Origin: a virus
Lineage: Duplodnaviria > Heunggongvirae > Uroviricota > Caudoviricetes
DNA length: 32,641 nucleotides
Virus record (IMG/VR): IMGVR_UViG_2671180283_000027
Direction: 5' to 3' (one strand)
Shown: positions 1-9,477 of the stretch, in pieces
Position numbering within the stretch: the first letter of the stretch is position 1
Layout: the number at the start of each line of letters is the position of its first letter
Notes under the pieces: generated by a model
Databases searched by the model: none
What the model saw: the letters and a program-made list of their open reading frames with translations, nothing else
What the model was told of the DNA's origin: nothing
Position numbers and translations under genes: made by a program

Positions 1-1362
1 ATGTTTAAACCGGAACTCCTTTCCCCGGCGGGAACGCTGAAAAATATGCGTTACGCTTTCGCTTATGGCGCAGATGCTGTTTATGCGGGCCAGCCGCGTT
101 ACTCCCTGCGTGTGCGCAACAACGAATTCAACCACGAAAATCTTCAGCTCGGCATCAATGAAGCCCACGCGCTGGGGAAAAAGTTTTATGTCGTGGTCAA
201 CATTGCACCGCACAACGCCAAGCTGAAAACCTTTATCCGTGACCTGAAACCGGTGGTGGAAATGGGGCCGGATGCGCTGATTATGTCCGATCCAGGGCTG
301 ATTATGCTGGTGCGTGAGCACTTCCCTGAAATGCCGATCCACCTCTCGGTGCAGGCTAACGCCGTAAACTGGGCGACGGTGAAATTCTGGCAGCAAATGG
401 GCCTGACCCGCGTGATCCTCTCTCGCGAGCTGTCGCTGGAAGAGATTGAAGAGATCCGCAATCAGGTGCCGGATATGGAGATCGAGATCTTCGTTCACGG
501 CGCACTGTGCATGGCCTACTCCGGTCGCTGCCTGCTCTCTGGCTATATCAACAAGCGCGATCCGAACCAGGGTACCTGCACCAACGCCTGCCGCTGGGAG
601 TACAACGTCCAGGAAGGGAAAGAAGATGACGTTGGCAACATCGTACACAAGTACGAGCCGATTCCGGTGCAAAATGTTGAGCCGACGCTGGGTATCGGCG
701 CGCCAACCGACAAAGTGTTTATGATCGAAGAAGCCCAGCGTCCGGGCGAGTATATGACCGCGTTTGAAGATGAGCACGGCACTTACATCATGAACTCGAA
801 AGATCTGCGCGCCATCGCCCATGTAGAACGCCTGACCAAAATGGGCGTGCATTCGCTGAAAATCGAAGGCCGTACTAAATCTTTCTACTATTGCGCACGC
901 ACCGCACAGGTTTACCGTAAAGCTATCGATGACGCCGCTGCGGGCAAACCGTTCGATACCAGCCTGCTGGAAACTCTGGAAGGTCTGGCGCATCGTGGCT
1001 ATACCGAAGGTTTCCTGCGTCGTCATACTCACGACGATTATCAGAACTACGAATACGGTTATTCAGTTTCTGACCGCCAGCAGTTTGTTGGTGAGTTTAC
1101 CGGTGAGCGCAAGGGGGACCTCGCGGCGGTAGCGGTGAAAAATAAATTCTCCGTTGGCGACAGCCTTGAGCTGATGACGCCGCAAGGCAACATTAACTTT
1201 ACCCTTGAGCACATGGAAAACGCCAAAGGTGAAGCGATGCCGGTCGCACCAGGCGATGGTTATACTGTGTGGCTCCCGGTCCCGCAGGATCTTGAGCTCA
1301 ATTACGCTCTGCTGATGCGTAATTTCTCCGGGGAAACCACGCGTAACCCACACGGTAAGTGA
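1..1362 (+). CDS. yegQ: U32-family peptidase YegQ (TrhP, tRNA hydroxylation); full-length 453 aa host gene
   Basis: ATG at position 1, 453-aa ORF; sequence recognised as E. coli YegQ; ordinary host G+C; lies immediately upstream of cyaR as in E. coli K-12. Confidence 0.85.
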   Translation: MFKPELLSPAGTLKNMRYAFAYGADAVYAGQPRYSLRVRNNEFNHENLQLGINEAHALGKKFYVVVNIAPHNAKLKTFIRDLKPVVEMGPDALIMSDPGLIMLVREHFPEMPIHLSVQANAVNWATVKFWQQMGLTRVILSRELSLEEIEEIRNQVPDMEIEIFVHGALCMAYSGRCLLSGYINKRDPNQGTCTNACRWEYNVQEGKEDDVGNIVHKYEPIPVQNVEPTLGIGAPTDKVFMIEEAQRPGEYMTAFEDEHGTYIMNSKDLRAIAHVERLTKMGVHSLKIEGRTKSFYYCARTAQVYRKAIDDAAAGKPFDTSLLETLEGLAHRGYTEGFLRRHTHDDYQNYEYGYSVSDRQQFVGEFTGERKGDLAAVAVKNKFSVGDSLELMTPQGNINFTLEHMENAKGEAMPVAPGDGYTVWLPVPQDLELNYALLMRNFSGETTRNPHGK

Positions 1363-1393
1363 TTAATTTCGATTATTTTTCCCGGATGGAAAA

Positions 1394-1415
1394 TTCTTAG
1401 AAACCGATCACATAC
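1394..1415 (+). promoter_or_regulatory. Candidate CRP site of the cyaR promoter, with a TATCAT -10 element at 1434-1439
   Basis: Perfect TCACA half-site at 1408-1412 with an imperfect left half; centred ~42 bp upstream of the predicted cyaR 5' end; cyaR is known to be CRP-activated. Confidence 0.4.
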
Positions 1416-1446
1416 AGCTGCATTTATTAAGGTTATCATCCGTTTC

Positions 1447-1533
1447 GCTGAAAAACATAACCCATAAAATGCTAGCTGTACCAGGAACCACCTCCTTAGC
1501 CTGTGTAATCTCCCTTACACGGGCTTATTTTTT
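1447..1533 (+). ncRNA. cyaR: CyaR (RyeE) Hfq-dependent small RNA; its 3' terminator overlaps the prophage attL core
   Basis: Sequence GCTGAAAAACATAACCCATAAAATGCTAGCTGTACCAGGAACCACCTCCTTAGCCTGTGTAATCTCCCTTACACGGGCTTATTTTTT matches my recollection of E. coli CyaR; terminator hairpin plus T-run at the 3' end. Confidence 0.8.
1507..1533. other. attL core (27 bp) of the P2-like prophage
   Basis: AATCTCCCTTACACGGGCTTATTTTTT is repeated exactly at 32078-32104; its reverse complement matches the P2 att core as I recall it. Confidence 0.75.
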
Positions 1534-1595
1534 ACGCGTAATACAATGAAATAAAAGGATTTATTTCTGGTCACGTCCACACATTGACCACATCG

Positions 1596-1621
1596 ACAAA
1601 AAAGCCCCTCGACTGAGGGGC
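1596..1621 (-). terminator. Rho-independent terminator downstream of ogr
   Basis: Stem GCCCCTC / GAGGGGC (1604-1610 and 1615-1621) with a 4-nt loop, followed on the minus strand by TTTTTT. Confidence 0.6.
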
Positions 1622-1634
1622 TTCCTGTTTGTAA

Positions 1635-1853
1635 TTACATCCACATAATTTGCTGCCCTGACGGCAACGGGTGCGGTCTTACGGCGTGGACTTCTCCCGG
1701 CTTCACGATGTATCGCTGTACCGACTCATAAGTGATGAACGTGGCGCTGCAATTCACGTTCTGACACTGGTGATAACGCTCTTTTGTCGTGTCAGTGATA
1801 TAGCGGCTTGTACGCGCATGTGCGGCATGCTGGCATAAAGGACAATGAAACAT
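1635..1853 (-). CDS. ogr: Ogr late-gene transcriptional activator (zinc-finger, 72 aa)
   Basis: MFHCPLCQHAAHARTSRYITDTTKERYHQCQNVNCSATF... recognised as P2 Ogr; start refined to the internal ATG at 1853, giving the expected 72 aa. Confidence 0.9.
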   Translation of the reverse strand: MFHCPLCQHAAHARTSRYITDTTKERYHQCQNVNCSATFITYESVQRYIVKPGEVHAVRPHPLPSGQQIMWM

Positions 1854-1934
1854 CGCGAGCACCTCTTCCGGTTTTGTTGATGGTGCCATTTTAGTTAATT
1901 TATCCTTATAAAACAAACAGATAAAATAAAAACA

Positions 1935-3098
1935 TCACTCATCATCTTCTGTTTCGTACTCCACATCAGAAAGCCTGACCTCAAGCTCTAAGGACGTCGT
2001 GAAGCCGCTATTATTCAGAAAATGTGTCACCTTAGTGATTGTCCAGTCCTGCTCGTCTATGACGCGCTTAAAGCCTGACACTTTAACCGGTGTTTCCGTG
2101 TAAATATCAGCCCGACCGGTAGCCAGGCTGATGGAGAACTCCGCAACGCCCCGTTGCAGTTTATCCCACTTCGCCTGAGCGGCGCGCATGGCCTGCGCTT
2201 TCGTGGCATATACCGTGGTCAGGGCAAAAACATTGTCAGCCTCACCTGCCATGTATTCACCTTCGCGCGCTTCCGGTACTTTTGGCGCTTTCTTCTGCGT
2301 GACCGGTTTCGCTTTCGGGTGCTCCAGTGCGCGCAGGTGTTTCTCTTTCTTTTTGCGTTTCAGTTTTACCTTCTGCTTTTGCGGCTTCGGGTCTTTGGTG
2401 TGTAACCACTTTGCCGTTACGCCGGTGTAGGCTCCACGGTCAGCAATCGCAAAATGATGGCGGTCACCGTCGCTGCGGGTGATGGTGACCTGCGGGATTT
2501 TTTTACCGCTGGCCGTCACCCCCTGCCCCGCTTTGAGAAACAGCAGTTTTCCCATTTTTACCGACACCTCACCGCCGTTGCGTTCTGCAAGACGGGTCAG
2601 AAATTTCGCATCAGACTCCTGCGACTGGTCGATGTGCGGGATTTTAATTCCGGCCAGTGACGGAGCGACACTGGCTTCCAGCCTGTTACGGGAGGCTATC
2701 GCCTCAACAATCGCACCGAGCGTGGTGTCATGCCATGAGCCTTCACGGCGGGAATTGAGCGTCCCGCGAAAATCTGCACTCCGGGCGCGGATGGTGACCA
2801 CATCCGGTGCGCCCCGGTGTTCAACCTCATCAACGGTAAATTTCCCTTTGCATACCAGGGCAAAACCTTTCCAGCCGATATACACCGTCAGGACAGCGCC
2901 ACGAATCGGTAGTCCGACCTGCCCGTCGGCATCGTTCAGTTCAATATCAAGCTGGTCAGCCTCAAAGCCCCGGTTATCCGTCAGGGTCATGCTCATCAGA
3001 CGGTCGCTGATATTGCCGGTAATATCCCTGCTGTCGAGCATCAGCATGTAATCCGGCGTCAGCGTACTGCCTGCATCAAATGTCAGTGCATCCAGCAT
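1935..3098 (-). CDS. D: Tail protein gpD (387 aa)
   Basis: Size and position next to ogr as in P2; sequence recognised as gpD-like. Confidence 0.85.
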   Translation of the reverse strand: MLDALTFDAGSTLTPDYMLMLDSRDITGNISDRLMSMTLTDNRGFEADQLDIELNDADGQVGLPIRGAVLTVYIGWKGFALVCKGKFTVDEVEHRGAPDVVTIRARSADFRGTLNSRREGSWHDTTLGAIVEAIASRNRLEASVAPSLAGIKIPHIDQSQESDAKFLTRLAERNGGEVSVKMGKLLFLKAGQGVTASGKKIPQVTITRSDGDRHHFAIADRGAYTGVTAKWLHTKDPKPQKQKVKLKRKKKEKHLRALEHPKAKPVTQKKAPKVPEAREGEYMAGEADNVFALTTVYATKAQAMRAAQAKWDKLQRGVAEFSISLATGRADIYTETPVKVSGFKRVIDEQDWTITKVTHFLNNSGFTTSLELEVRLSDVEYETEDDE

Positions 3099-3577
3099 TA
3101 TCCCGCCCCCGTCATACCCGTGAATTTAGTCGCCATACTGCCAGCCTTACCGATGAGCGATTCCGCCTGTTTACCGATATCGCCATAAAGCGCGGCCAGT
3201 GATTCATCAACGCGGATGAGCGACAGCGTAAAATCAATTTTCCGGGGTGTGCCGTCTGCAAAGAAAATACTCCCTGTTTCACTCACCTTGCTGATGACAT
3301 ACATGCCGTAAATCATGCCGGTGCCATCCAGCAACGGCCACGCCCGCCCCTCCTCTGCCATCAGCCTGAGCGTGGTCATCGTCAGCTTGCCGCCGGTCAG
3401 TTCGGGATAAAGCACACCGGCAAGCGTGATGTTTTCCTCACCCACACCGAGAAACTGAAAAGCGTCCCGTTTACCGATACGGGAATTTGACGGCCAGCGA
3501 TAATCTGATTCACGCTGCATGGTCTGGTGTGGCAGCGTCTGGCGCATAAAAACAAACATACCTAACGCGAGCATCAT
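3098..3577 (-). CDS. U: Tail protein gpU (159 aa)
   Basis: P2 order T-U-D; size matches gpU. Confidence 0.85.
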   Translation of the reverse strand: MMLALGMFVFMRQTLPHQTMQRESDYRWPSNSRIGKRDAFQFLGVGEENITLAGVLYPELTGGKLTMTTLRLMAEEGRAWPLLDGTGMIYGMYVISKVSETGSIFFADGTPRKIDFTLSLIRVDESLAALYGDIGKQAESLIGKAGSMATKFTGMTGAG

Positions 3578-3591
3578 TTTTCGTCACCTCC

Positions 3592-6039
3592 TTAACCGTC
3601 ATGCATCATGCTGGCACGGGCGCGCGCACGTTTATCCCGCTCGTATTTTTCGAGCGCATCCTGTAACTGGCGGTCGAGCTGTGTCCCCGGCGCAGTACCA
3701 CCCGTCAGGCTGATGTGATATTCGTTTTTACTCTGGTCTACATAAGAGCGGCCAGCCGGTGCCGTGACCGGCTGATAAGCCTGATAACCTGCATAAGAGC
3801 TGGTCGCCGGAATATAACCACCGCTGCCATACGTGGCGGCTTGAGTTCTGGCGGCTGTCTGGTCAAGTGTGTCTGACTCTTTGTTGATAACACCGAGTTT
3901 TTCCAGTACCCAGTCAATACCACTGCGCAGTTTGTTGAACGCATTAAGCGGCAGCATCAGCGCGTCAGCCAGTGCCTGCCCGAACATAACGCCCGTGTCA
4001 CGGCAACGGTTCAGGGTGTCCCGGGTGGCTTTGACCGGGGCAATCAGGTTTTTAAACCACTGCCACGCGGCCTGTAACTTTTCACCCAGCCAGTCAAACA
4101 CCGGTTTAAGTGGCGTGAACAGTTCCCCCACCGGCGCAAATGCCGCTTTCAGCCCTTCCACCACACCGCCAAAGAATGCGCTGACAGGCTCCCAGTATTT
4201 ACGGATAAGCAACGCCCCGGCGACAATGGCGGCCACCACGGCCACAACCGGCCAGCTAATCGCCCCGATGGCGGTTATAACAGCACTGCCAACCGTCGTG
4301 AAGATTGCCCCCATTGCGCCTGCTGCCGCGATGATGGCATTGATGCCGGTGATAACCGGCCAGGCTACGAGGCCAATGGCACCGATGACACCAGTCAGTG
4401 CCAGTGCACCACCGACAATGATGCCGATGGTTGACGCCAGTGATTTGTTTTTCTGGATCCAGCCGTCGAGTTTTAACACATACTTTGTGGCCGTCTGCGT
4501 GAGATTACGCAGTGCGCCTTCCTGCTGGTCAAACAGGTCAGTCCCCACCGCCTCATAAGCGGACTGAAACTCCTTAAAGTCACCGCCGAGGTTGTCCTGC
4601 ATGATATTTACCAGCTCTGCGGTCTTCCCGTCTGAGGCTTTAAACGCAGCGGTCAGTTTGTCCAGCTTTCCGGTTGAGGCGGCAGTCATCAGCACAGCGG
4701 CGGCTGAGCTGGCCTCCTCCCCGAAAATGGTTTTCATGTATTCAGCCTGCTGGGCAGTACCGAGCCGGTTTTTCTCAAAACTGGCCTGCATTTCTTTCAG
4801 AATGGTAAATATTGGCCGGGTGTTTCCCTTGCTGTCTGAGGTTTCCACTCCAAGCTCTTTGAGTGCATCCCATGCTTTTCCCGTCGGTGCCTGCAGGCGG
4901 CTTAACACGGCACGGCTTCCCGTCCCCGCCATTGAGCCTGTGATTTTTGCATCATGCAGCGCCCCGACCATTGCGGCGGTTTCTTCAATGCTGACACCGG
5001 CATTTTTTGCCACAGGTGCGGCATAGGTCAGCGCATCGCTCATGCCGTCAAAATCGGCGGCGGTTTTGTTCATCGTCATGGAGAGAACATCCCCGATATG
5101 AGCGACCTTATCGTTTGAAAGCTGAAAGGCGGATTTCATCCCCATCAGCAGGGCGGCGTTTTCTTCCATCGTGCGGCGGTTCGCCAGCGCCATATTCAGC
5201 GTGACCGGCGTTGCCGCCTGAATGGCATCAACATCCCCACCGGCTTTCGCAATGATAATCTGTGCACCGGCTGCATCATCTGCCGAGGCTGCGGTATTGT
5301 CGCCGAGCTGGCGCGCCTGCTTGCGGAGTGCGGTCATTTCGGCGGAGTCTTTTGCCACTCCCAGCACAGCCTGCAATTCTGAGTTTTTCTGCGCAAACTC
5401 ATAACCGGGCATCAGCAGCTTAACTCCGGCCATCGTTCCCGCAGCAGCAATCCCCACACCGGCAGCGCCCACCGAGACCATATTTCCGGCCAGCTCCTTT
5501 CCGGCCTGATAACGCTGTTTGACTGCGTTAAGTTTTGCCTGTTGCGCACTGACACGCGCCAGCGCGTCGCGCTGACGGTTAAGCTGTGCGGTGGTTTCAC
5601 TGATACGGTTTTTCAGTCCCTGCTCATCATGTGCAAGATTGCGGGTATTAATTCCCACAGCGGCCAGTTCCCGCTGCTGGCGTTTAACGGAATCCGTCAG
5701 GCGGTTATATTTCGCCTGTAAGTCCTCCGCCGCACGCTTTGCGGATTCCAGCACTTTCGCCTGAGCACGGGTCGGACGTTCGGTGTTTTTAAACTGTGTG
5801 GCAAGGGCTTCTGCTTCCTGCCGAGCCTTTTCAAGTGCATGACCAGTCACGGCGAGCTGTGCACTGGTCTTGCGGAATCCCTCAATACGGGATGCGTGAC
5901 CGTTCAGCTCGCGCAGTGATTTTTGTGTTTCCCGGATATCCCCCGACAGCGACTTGCTCGCTGTGCGGATGGATTTAAACGGGCGGGATGCCTGGTCAAC
6001 AGCCCTGAGCAATACCTGTAATTTTACATTGTTACTCAT
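3592..6039 (-). CDS. T: Tail tape measure protein gpT (815 aa)
   Basis: Long Ala/Gly-rich and coiled-coil protein of the P2 gpT length, between E/E' and U. Confidence 0.9.
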   Translation of the reverse strand: MSNNVKLQVLLRAVDQASRPFKSIRTASKSLSGDIRETQKSLRELNGHASRIEGFRKTSAQLAVTGHALEKARQEAEALATQFKNTERPTRAQAKVLESAKRAAEDLQAKYNRLTDSVKRQQRELAAVGINTRNLAHDEQGLKNRISETTAQLNRQRDALARVSAQQAKLNAVKQRYQAGKELAGNMVSVGAAGVGIAAAGTMAGVKLLMPGYEFAQKNSELQAVLGVAKDSAEMTALRKQARQLGDNTAASADDAAGAQIIIAKAGGDVDAIQAATPVTLNMALANRRTMEENAALLMGMKSAFQLSNDKVAHIGDVLSMTMNKTAADFDGMSDALTYAAPVAKNAGVSIEETAAMVGALHDAKITGSMAGTGSRAVLSRLQAPTGKAWDALKELGVETSDSKGNTRPIFTILKEMQASFEKNRLGTAQQAEYMKTIFGEEASSAAAVLMTAASTGKLDKLTAAFKASDGKTAELVNIMQDNLGGDFKEFQSAYEAVGTDLFDQQEGALRNLTQTATKYVLKLDGWIQKNKSLASTIGIIVGGALALTGVIGAIGLVAWPVITGINAIIAAAGAMGAIFTTVGSAVITAIGAISWPVVAVVAAIVAGALLIRKYWEPVSAFFGGVVEGLKAAFAPVGELFTPLKPVFDWLGEKLQAAWQWFKNLIAPVKATRDTLNRCRDTGVMFGQALADALMLPLNAFNKLRSGIDWVLEKLGVINKESDTLDQTAARTQAATYGSGGYIPATSSYAGYQAYQPVTAPAGRSYVDQSKNEYHISLTGGTAPGTQLDRQLQDALEKYERDKRARARASMMHDG

Positions 6040-6459
6040 TCGTGTTTCCGCTTCGCCGGAGCGCCTTTTCGCGCCATGTGATGAGTTCGGTCAGGCTCAT
6101 GGGATACAGTTCTGATGGCGGCCAGTGAAATATCACTGCCACATCCGCCATCAGGTCATCGACCGAGAGATTTTTCGGAAACGTCACTGCACCGAGTTCG
6201 GCGACAAAAAACCGACCACCTTACCGGCCAGCGCCACAAGGTCAGGCAGTTCCAGCGCGGCGACCTCCTGCTCGGTCAGCATCGGTGCCGTCATGCGCGG
6301 CAGCACTTTAATCAGTGCATCGACTTCGGAGTTTGCGACCGCAGCCAGACTGACACCGCGCAGCGTCCCGGCATTGGGTTTCATCAGCGTGACCTGTTCG
6401 ATAACCTGTTCACCACGTTTAACCGGATTATCCAGGGTAATGACGTTTTCTTTGTTCAT
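6032..6459 (-). CDS. E+E': gpE+E' fusion made by -1 programmed ribosomal frameshift (~145 aa)
   Basis: Slippery T TTT TTG in the E frame at 6211-6205 (minus strand); I translated the -1 frame by hand and it stays open to a TAA at 6034-6032, overlapping the T start codon (6039-6037). Confidence 0.75.
6184..6459 (-). CDS. E: Tail assembly chaperone gpE (91 aa)
   Basis: Position between FII and T; C-terminus ...KVVGFLSPNSVQ contains the slippery heptamer. Confidence 0.85.
   Translation of the reverse strand: MNKENVITLDNPVKRGEQVIEQVTLMKPNAGTLRGVSLAAVANSEVDALIKVLPRMTAPMLTEQEVAALELPDLVALAGKVVGFLSPNSVQ
6205..6211 (-). other. -1 frameshift slippery heptamer TTTTTTG
   Basis: Codons GGT TTT TTG TCG encode G-F-L-S near the E C-terminus; same heptamer as recalled for P2 E/E'. 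Confidence 0.75.
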
Positions 6460-6515
6460 GGTTTTCTCACTTCTGAATCGGGGTTAACCGGTCAGCCAGG
6501 CTGACCGGATGAAAA

Positions 6516-7034
6516 TCACAGGCCGATATTCCGGCGGTGTTGCTCCAGCCTGTCGACGCCGTTCACCTTCTCAATCATGTTGATGGTGTCGATTTCGACC
6601 AGCTCCTTACCGTCCATCGTCAGCCGGAAATAGGTGCAGACCACAGAGATTTTCGACTCGGTGTCTTCTCCCTGTTTACCCTCGCCGGTGTCGATTTCTT
6701 TCTGACGGCCACGCATGACCACCTCGACGGCCACCGTTTCGCCGGTATCGTCGCGCTGGTAAGAGCCTGCAAAACGAATCGGTACGGCATCCACACCGGT
6801 TGCGGCGTAAAGCTCCCAGATAACCGAATCCGGGAAGCCCCCGAGCGACCACTCCATTGACAGCGCATCGTCATCAAGGCCGAGGTCTACCGGTGCGCTG
6901 CCGTTCATCCCCGCACCGCGATAGTTTTCGAGCTTACGGGTCAGTTTTGGCAGCGTGACGGACTTTGCAACGCCCTGATAGCTGTAGCCGTTCAGAAAGA
7001 CGTTCATTAACTTGAGTTTGCGCGGCATTGCCAT
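6516..7034 (-). CDS. FII: Tail tube protein gpFII (172 aa)
   Basis: P2 order FI-FII-E-T; size matches. Confidence 0.9.
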   Translation of the reverse strand: MAMPRKLKLMNVFLNGYSYQGVAKSVTLPKLTRKLENYRGAGMNGSAPVDLGLDDDALSMEWSLGGFPDSVIWELYAATGVDAVPIRFAGSYQRDDTGETVAVEVVMRGRQKEIDTGEGKQGEDTESKISVVCTYFRLTMDGKELVEIDTINMIEKVNGVDRLEQHRRNIGL

Positions 7035-7046
7035 CGGTCAGGCTCC

Positions 7047-8237
7047 TTAATTGCTGTTAACCGAGGTGACCAGATTTGCCAGGTATTTATCGGTAATACG
7101 CTGGCGCAGGGTCAGGTTTTCAAGAGGAGGCACCGGGGTATAGTCGTAGTCGATATACAGTTTTCCGGCCTTAAGGGTTTCCGCATCGTTGGATTCTTCG
7201 CTGAACCAGCAGGTCGCATCCACAATATAGCCGTTTGTTTTCAGCTCACGGAATTTGGCATTGATGCCGTCAACGATGTCGCGAATCAGCGTTGCAGTGA
7301 TGGGCTTGTCCACAGCCCACATGTGCGCCTCAGCCATCGTGTCGGCCAGCACCTGCGCGGTGCGGGTGTAGTTTTCAAAGAGGAACAGCGGGTCATCAGA
7401 GCAGGTACGGTTACCCCAGAAGCGGAAACCGTCACGGCGAATCAGCGTTGTGACACCTGACTCGTTCAACAGGTCAGCATCAGTGCCGGACTCCTGCAAA
7501 TCCCAGAATACAGAGGCACTGATGCCGGTAACACCGTTTACCCCGACATTGGACAGCGTTTTATGCCAGCCCTGCTCCTGGTCGATTTTAGCGCGCAGAC
7601 CCAGCGCACGGGCGGTGGCATACGCGGTGGCGGTGGTGCTGGTGACCGTATCCCATGCGAGGAAATCCGGCCAGATGACCATCAGCTCACGCTGGCTGAA
7701 ATTCTGGCGGTAGGCTTTCACCTCGGAAATGGTTTTACAGCCCCATGCGCTGATATACCCGAAAGCGCGCAGCTTCTGACAGACTGATGCCAGTGCAACA
7801 GCCACCTCTTTGGTGTCCAGTCCCGGCACGCCGAGAATACGCGGTTTAACACCGGTTACCGACTCTGCCGCCAGCAGGGCTTTCAGTCCGGTATACTGAC
7901 CGTTTTCGTCAGTGGTGCCGATGATATTGGAAACGGTCTGCGCGAGTTTCGTTTCTTCGTCGTCGCCGGTGCCGTCTTCAACACGCACGACAACGGTAAC
8001 CGGTTTTGACTGGTCAGCGATGGCCTGCAACGATGCCGCCAGCGTGCCTTTTTTACCGGCCTTTGCAATTGCGCTCTGCACATTGGTAATCAGCACCGGT
8101 TTATTGAGGGGGAAGGTTTCCGCATCCGCATCGCTGGCCGTACAGACCATGCCGACAATGGCAGTGGATATGGTGGAAATGACTCGGGTGCCGTCGTTAA
8201 TCTCCAGCACCTGCACGCCGTGATGATAGTCACTCAT
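7047..8237 (-). CDS. FI: Contractile tail sheath protein gpFI (396 aa)
   Basis: 396 aa as in P2 FI, directly upstream of FII. Confidence 0.9.
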   Translation of the reverse strand: MSDYHHGVQVLEINDGTRVISTISTAIVGMVCTASDADAETFPLNKPVLITNVQSAIAKAGKKGTLAASLQAIADQSKPVTVVVRVEDGTGDDEETKLAQTVSNIIGTTDENGQYTGLKALLAAESVTGVKPRILGVPGLDTKEVAVALASVCQKLRAFGYISAWGCKTISEVKAYRQNFSQRELMVIWPDFLAWDTVTSTTATAYATARALGLRAKIDQEQGWHKTLSNVGVNGVTGISASVFWDLQESGTDADLLNESGVTTLIRRDGFRFWGNRTCSDDPLFLFENYTRTAQVLADTMAEAHMWAVDKPITATLIRDIVDGINAKFRELKTNGYIVDATCWFSEESNDAETLKAGKLYIDYDYTPVPPLENLTLRQRITDKYLANLVTSVNSN

Positions 8238-8296
8238 CCGTTTAACTCCGTGGTTAATGGGTGAGTGGTATTTTCAGTTGTGCCGGAGATGTCAGG

Positions 8297-8890
8297 CTAT
8301 TTGTCCCGGTTGGCTAAGGGATGACACAATTTATTCTTTGTCGCTGATGAGGGGAATTTTTTATAGAGCGTGGACAGGCCAATATCAAAAATCAGCGCCA
8401 CGCGTTGACGTGATTCACCCGCAGCCAGCAACCGTCCTGCCTGTTCCCACTCACTCGCGGTGAGCTTCGGACGTCTGCCACCAATACGACCTTTGGCTCT
8501 GGCCGCTTCCAGTCCGGCGCGAGTCCGCTCGACAATGAGTTCTCGTTCCATTTCAGCCAGGGCACCCATCACATGAAAGAAAAAACGTCCCATCGGCGTG
8601 CTGGTATCAATGGCATCCGTCAGGCTGCGAAAATTAATGCCGCGTTCGCGCAGCTCCTCAACCAGAATAACCAGATGCCGCATACTACGCCCCAGCCGGT
8701 CCAGCTTCCAGACTACCAGTGTATCCCCCTCCGATAATGTCCTGAGCAGTTTTTTCAGTCCCGGCCTGTCGGACTTCGTGCCGCTGATTTTATCCTCAAA
8801 AATCAGCTCACATCCTGCACACTCCAGCGCGTTACGCTGCAATTCCGTATTCTGGTCATTTGTTGACACGCGGACATAGCCAATAAGCAT
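8297..8890 (-). CDS. Serine DNA invertase (Hin/Gin/Cin/Pin family, 197 aa)
   Basis: N-terminus MLIGYVRVSTNDQ with the catalytic Ser, resolvase/invertase motifs, C-terminal HTH; sits beside an inverted-repeat tail-fibre cassette. Confidence 0.9.
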   Translation of the reverse strand: MLIGYVRVSTNDQNTELQRNALECAGCELIFEDKISGTKSDRPGLKKLLRTLSEGDTLVVWKLDRLGRSMRHLVILVEELRERGINFRSLTDAIDTSTPMGRFFFHVMGALAEMERELIVERTRAGLEAARAKGRIGGRRPKLTASEWEQAGRLLAAGESRQRVALIFDIGLSTLYKKFPSSATKNKLCHPLANRDK

Positions 8891-8917
8891 GATGGATCCC
8901 CTGAATAAAAACCGGGG

Positions 8918-9424
8918 ATGATGCCAGTTAGCCGTAATCTCTGCATTTTCTTAAACGTTGGTTTGGGAGAAGGCTCCGCGCTACCGGTGGGCGTACCGGT
9001 TCCGTGGCCTCTCCCGAACCCACCACAGGGATGGCTTAAATATAACGGTGCGCCCTTCGATAAAAACATATATCCGAAATTAGGTGCAGTTTATCCGGCT
9101 GGCGTATTACCCGACTTACGCGGCGAGTTTATTCGCGGCTGGGATGATGGGCGGGGAGTGGATGCAGGGAGAATCATATTAGCTCAGCAGGGTGATGCTA
9201 TTAGAAATATTACAGGTTTCGTGAGTGGTTCTTCTGGCGTTTCGTTTGATAGTTTTTCTGGTGCTTTTTACGATTCGGGGGTAAGAAGCGGCAGAAGGCC
9301 TGAGAGTACGACTATTGTTGATATGAATGATGATTTTGCTTTTGATGCTTCCCGGGTAGTGCCAACTGCAAATGAAAATCGCCCGCGAAATCTTGCATTC
9401 AATTACATAGTTCGTGCAGCTTAA
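8918..9424 (+). CDS. Silent alternative tail-fibre C-terminal cassette (Sv'-like; no credible own start)
   Basis: Shares the repeat-encoded segment with H and the conserved C-terminal VPTANENRPRNLxFNYIVRA, but has a different ~50-aa variable stretch; the opening codons are probably an ORF-caller artefact. Confidence 0.6.
   Translation: MMPVSRNLCIFLNVGLGEGSALPVGVPVPWPLPNPPQGWLKYNGAPFDKNIYPKLGAVYPAGVLPDLRGEFIRGWDDGRGVDAGRIILAQQGDAIRNITGFVSGSSGVSFDSFSGAFYDSGVRSGRRPESTTIVDMNDDFAFDASRVVPTANENRPRNLAFNYIVRAA
8946..8971. other. Invertase crossover site (hix/gix/cix-like 26-bp site), invertase-proximal
   Basis: TTTTCTTAAACG-TT-GGTTTGGGAGAA: imperfect palindrome with half-site TTCTCnnAAACC and central TT/AA, at the outer edge of the inverted repeat. 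Confidence 0.65.
8946..9213 (+). repeat. Inverted repeat arm A (~265 bp) of the tail-fibre inversion cassette
   Basis: Near-identical by eye to the reverse complement of 10395-10661; encodes the same ~83 aa (LGEGSALPVGVPVPWPLPNPPQGW...AIRNITG). Confidence 0.85.
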
Positions 9425-9431
9425 ATGAAAA

Positions 9432-9468
9432 GCCGTCTTAATGGGGTCAGTCCATAATGACGGCTTAA
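9432..9468. terminator. Hairpin between the convergent alternative cassette and the tail fibre assembly gene (possible bidirectional terminator)
   Basis: 15-bp imperfect inverted repeat AAGCCGTCTTAATGG / CCATAATGACGGCTT around a short loop. Confidence 0.35.
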
Positions 9469-9477
9469 TCATCTTTA

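Noticed and set aside
3869-5404. Several plus-strand ORFs of 60-229 aa (3869..4558, 4592..5026, 5007..5204, 5222..5404) inside the tape measure gene
   Set aside because: They are antisense to the long, well-supported gpT frame in GC-rich DNA, have Ala/Ser/Pro/Arg-rich low-complexity translations, and lack convincing starts; classic shadow ORFs
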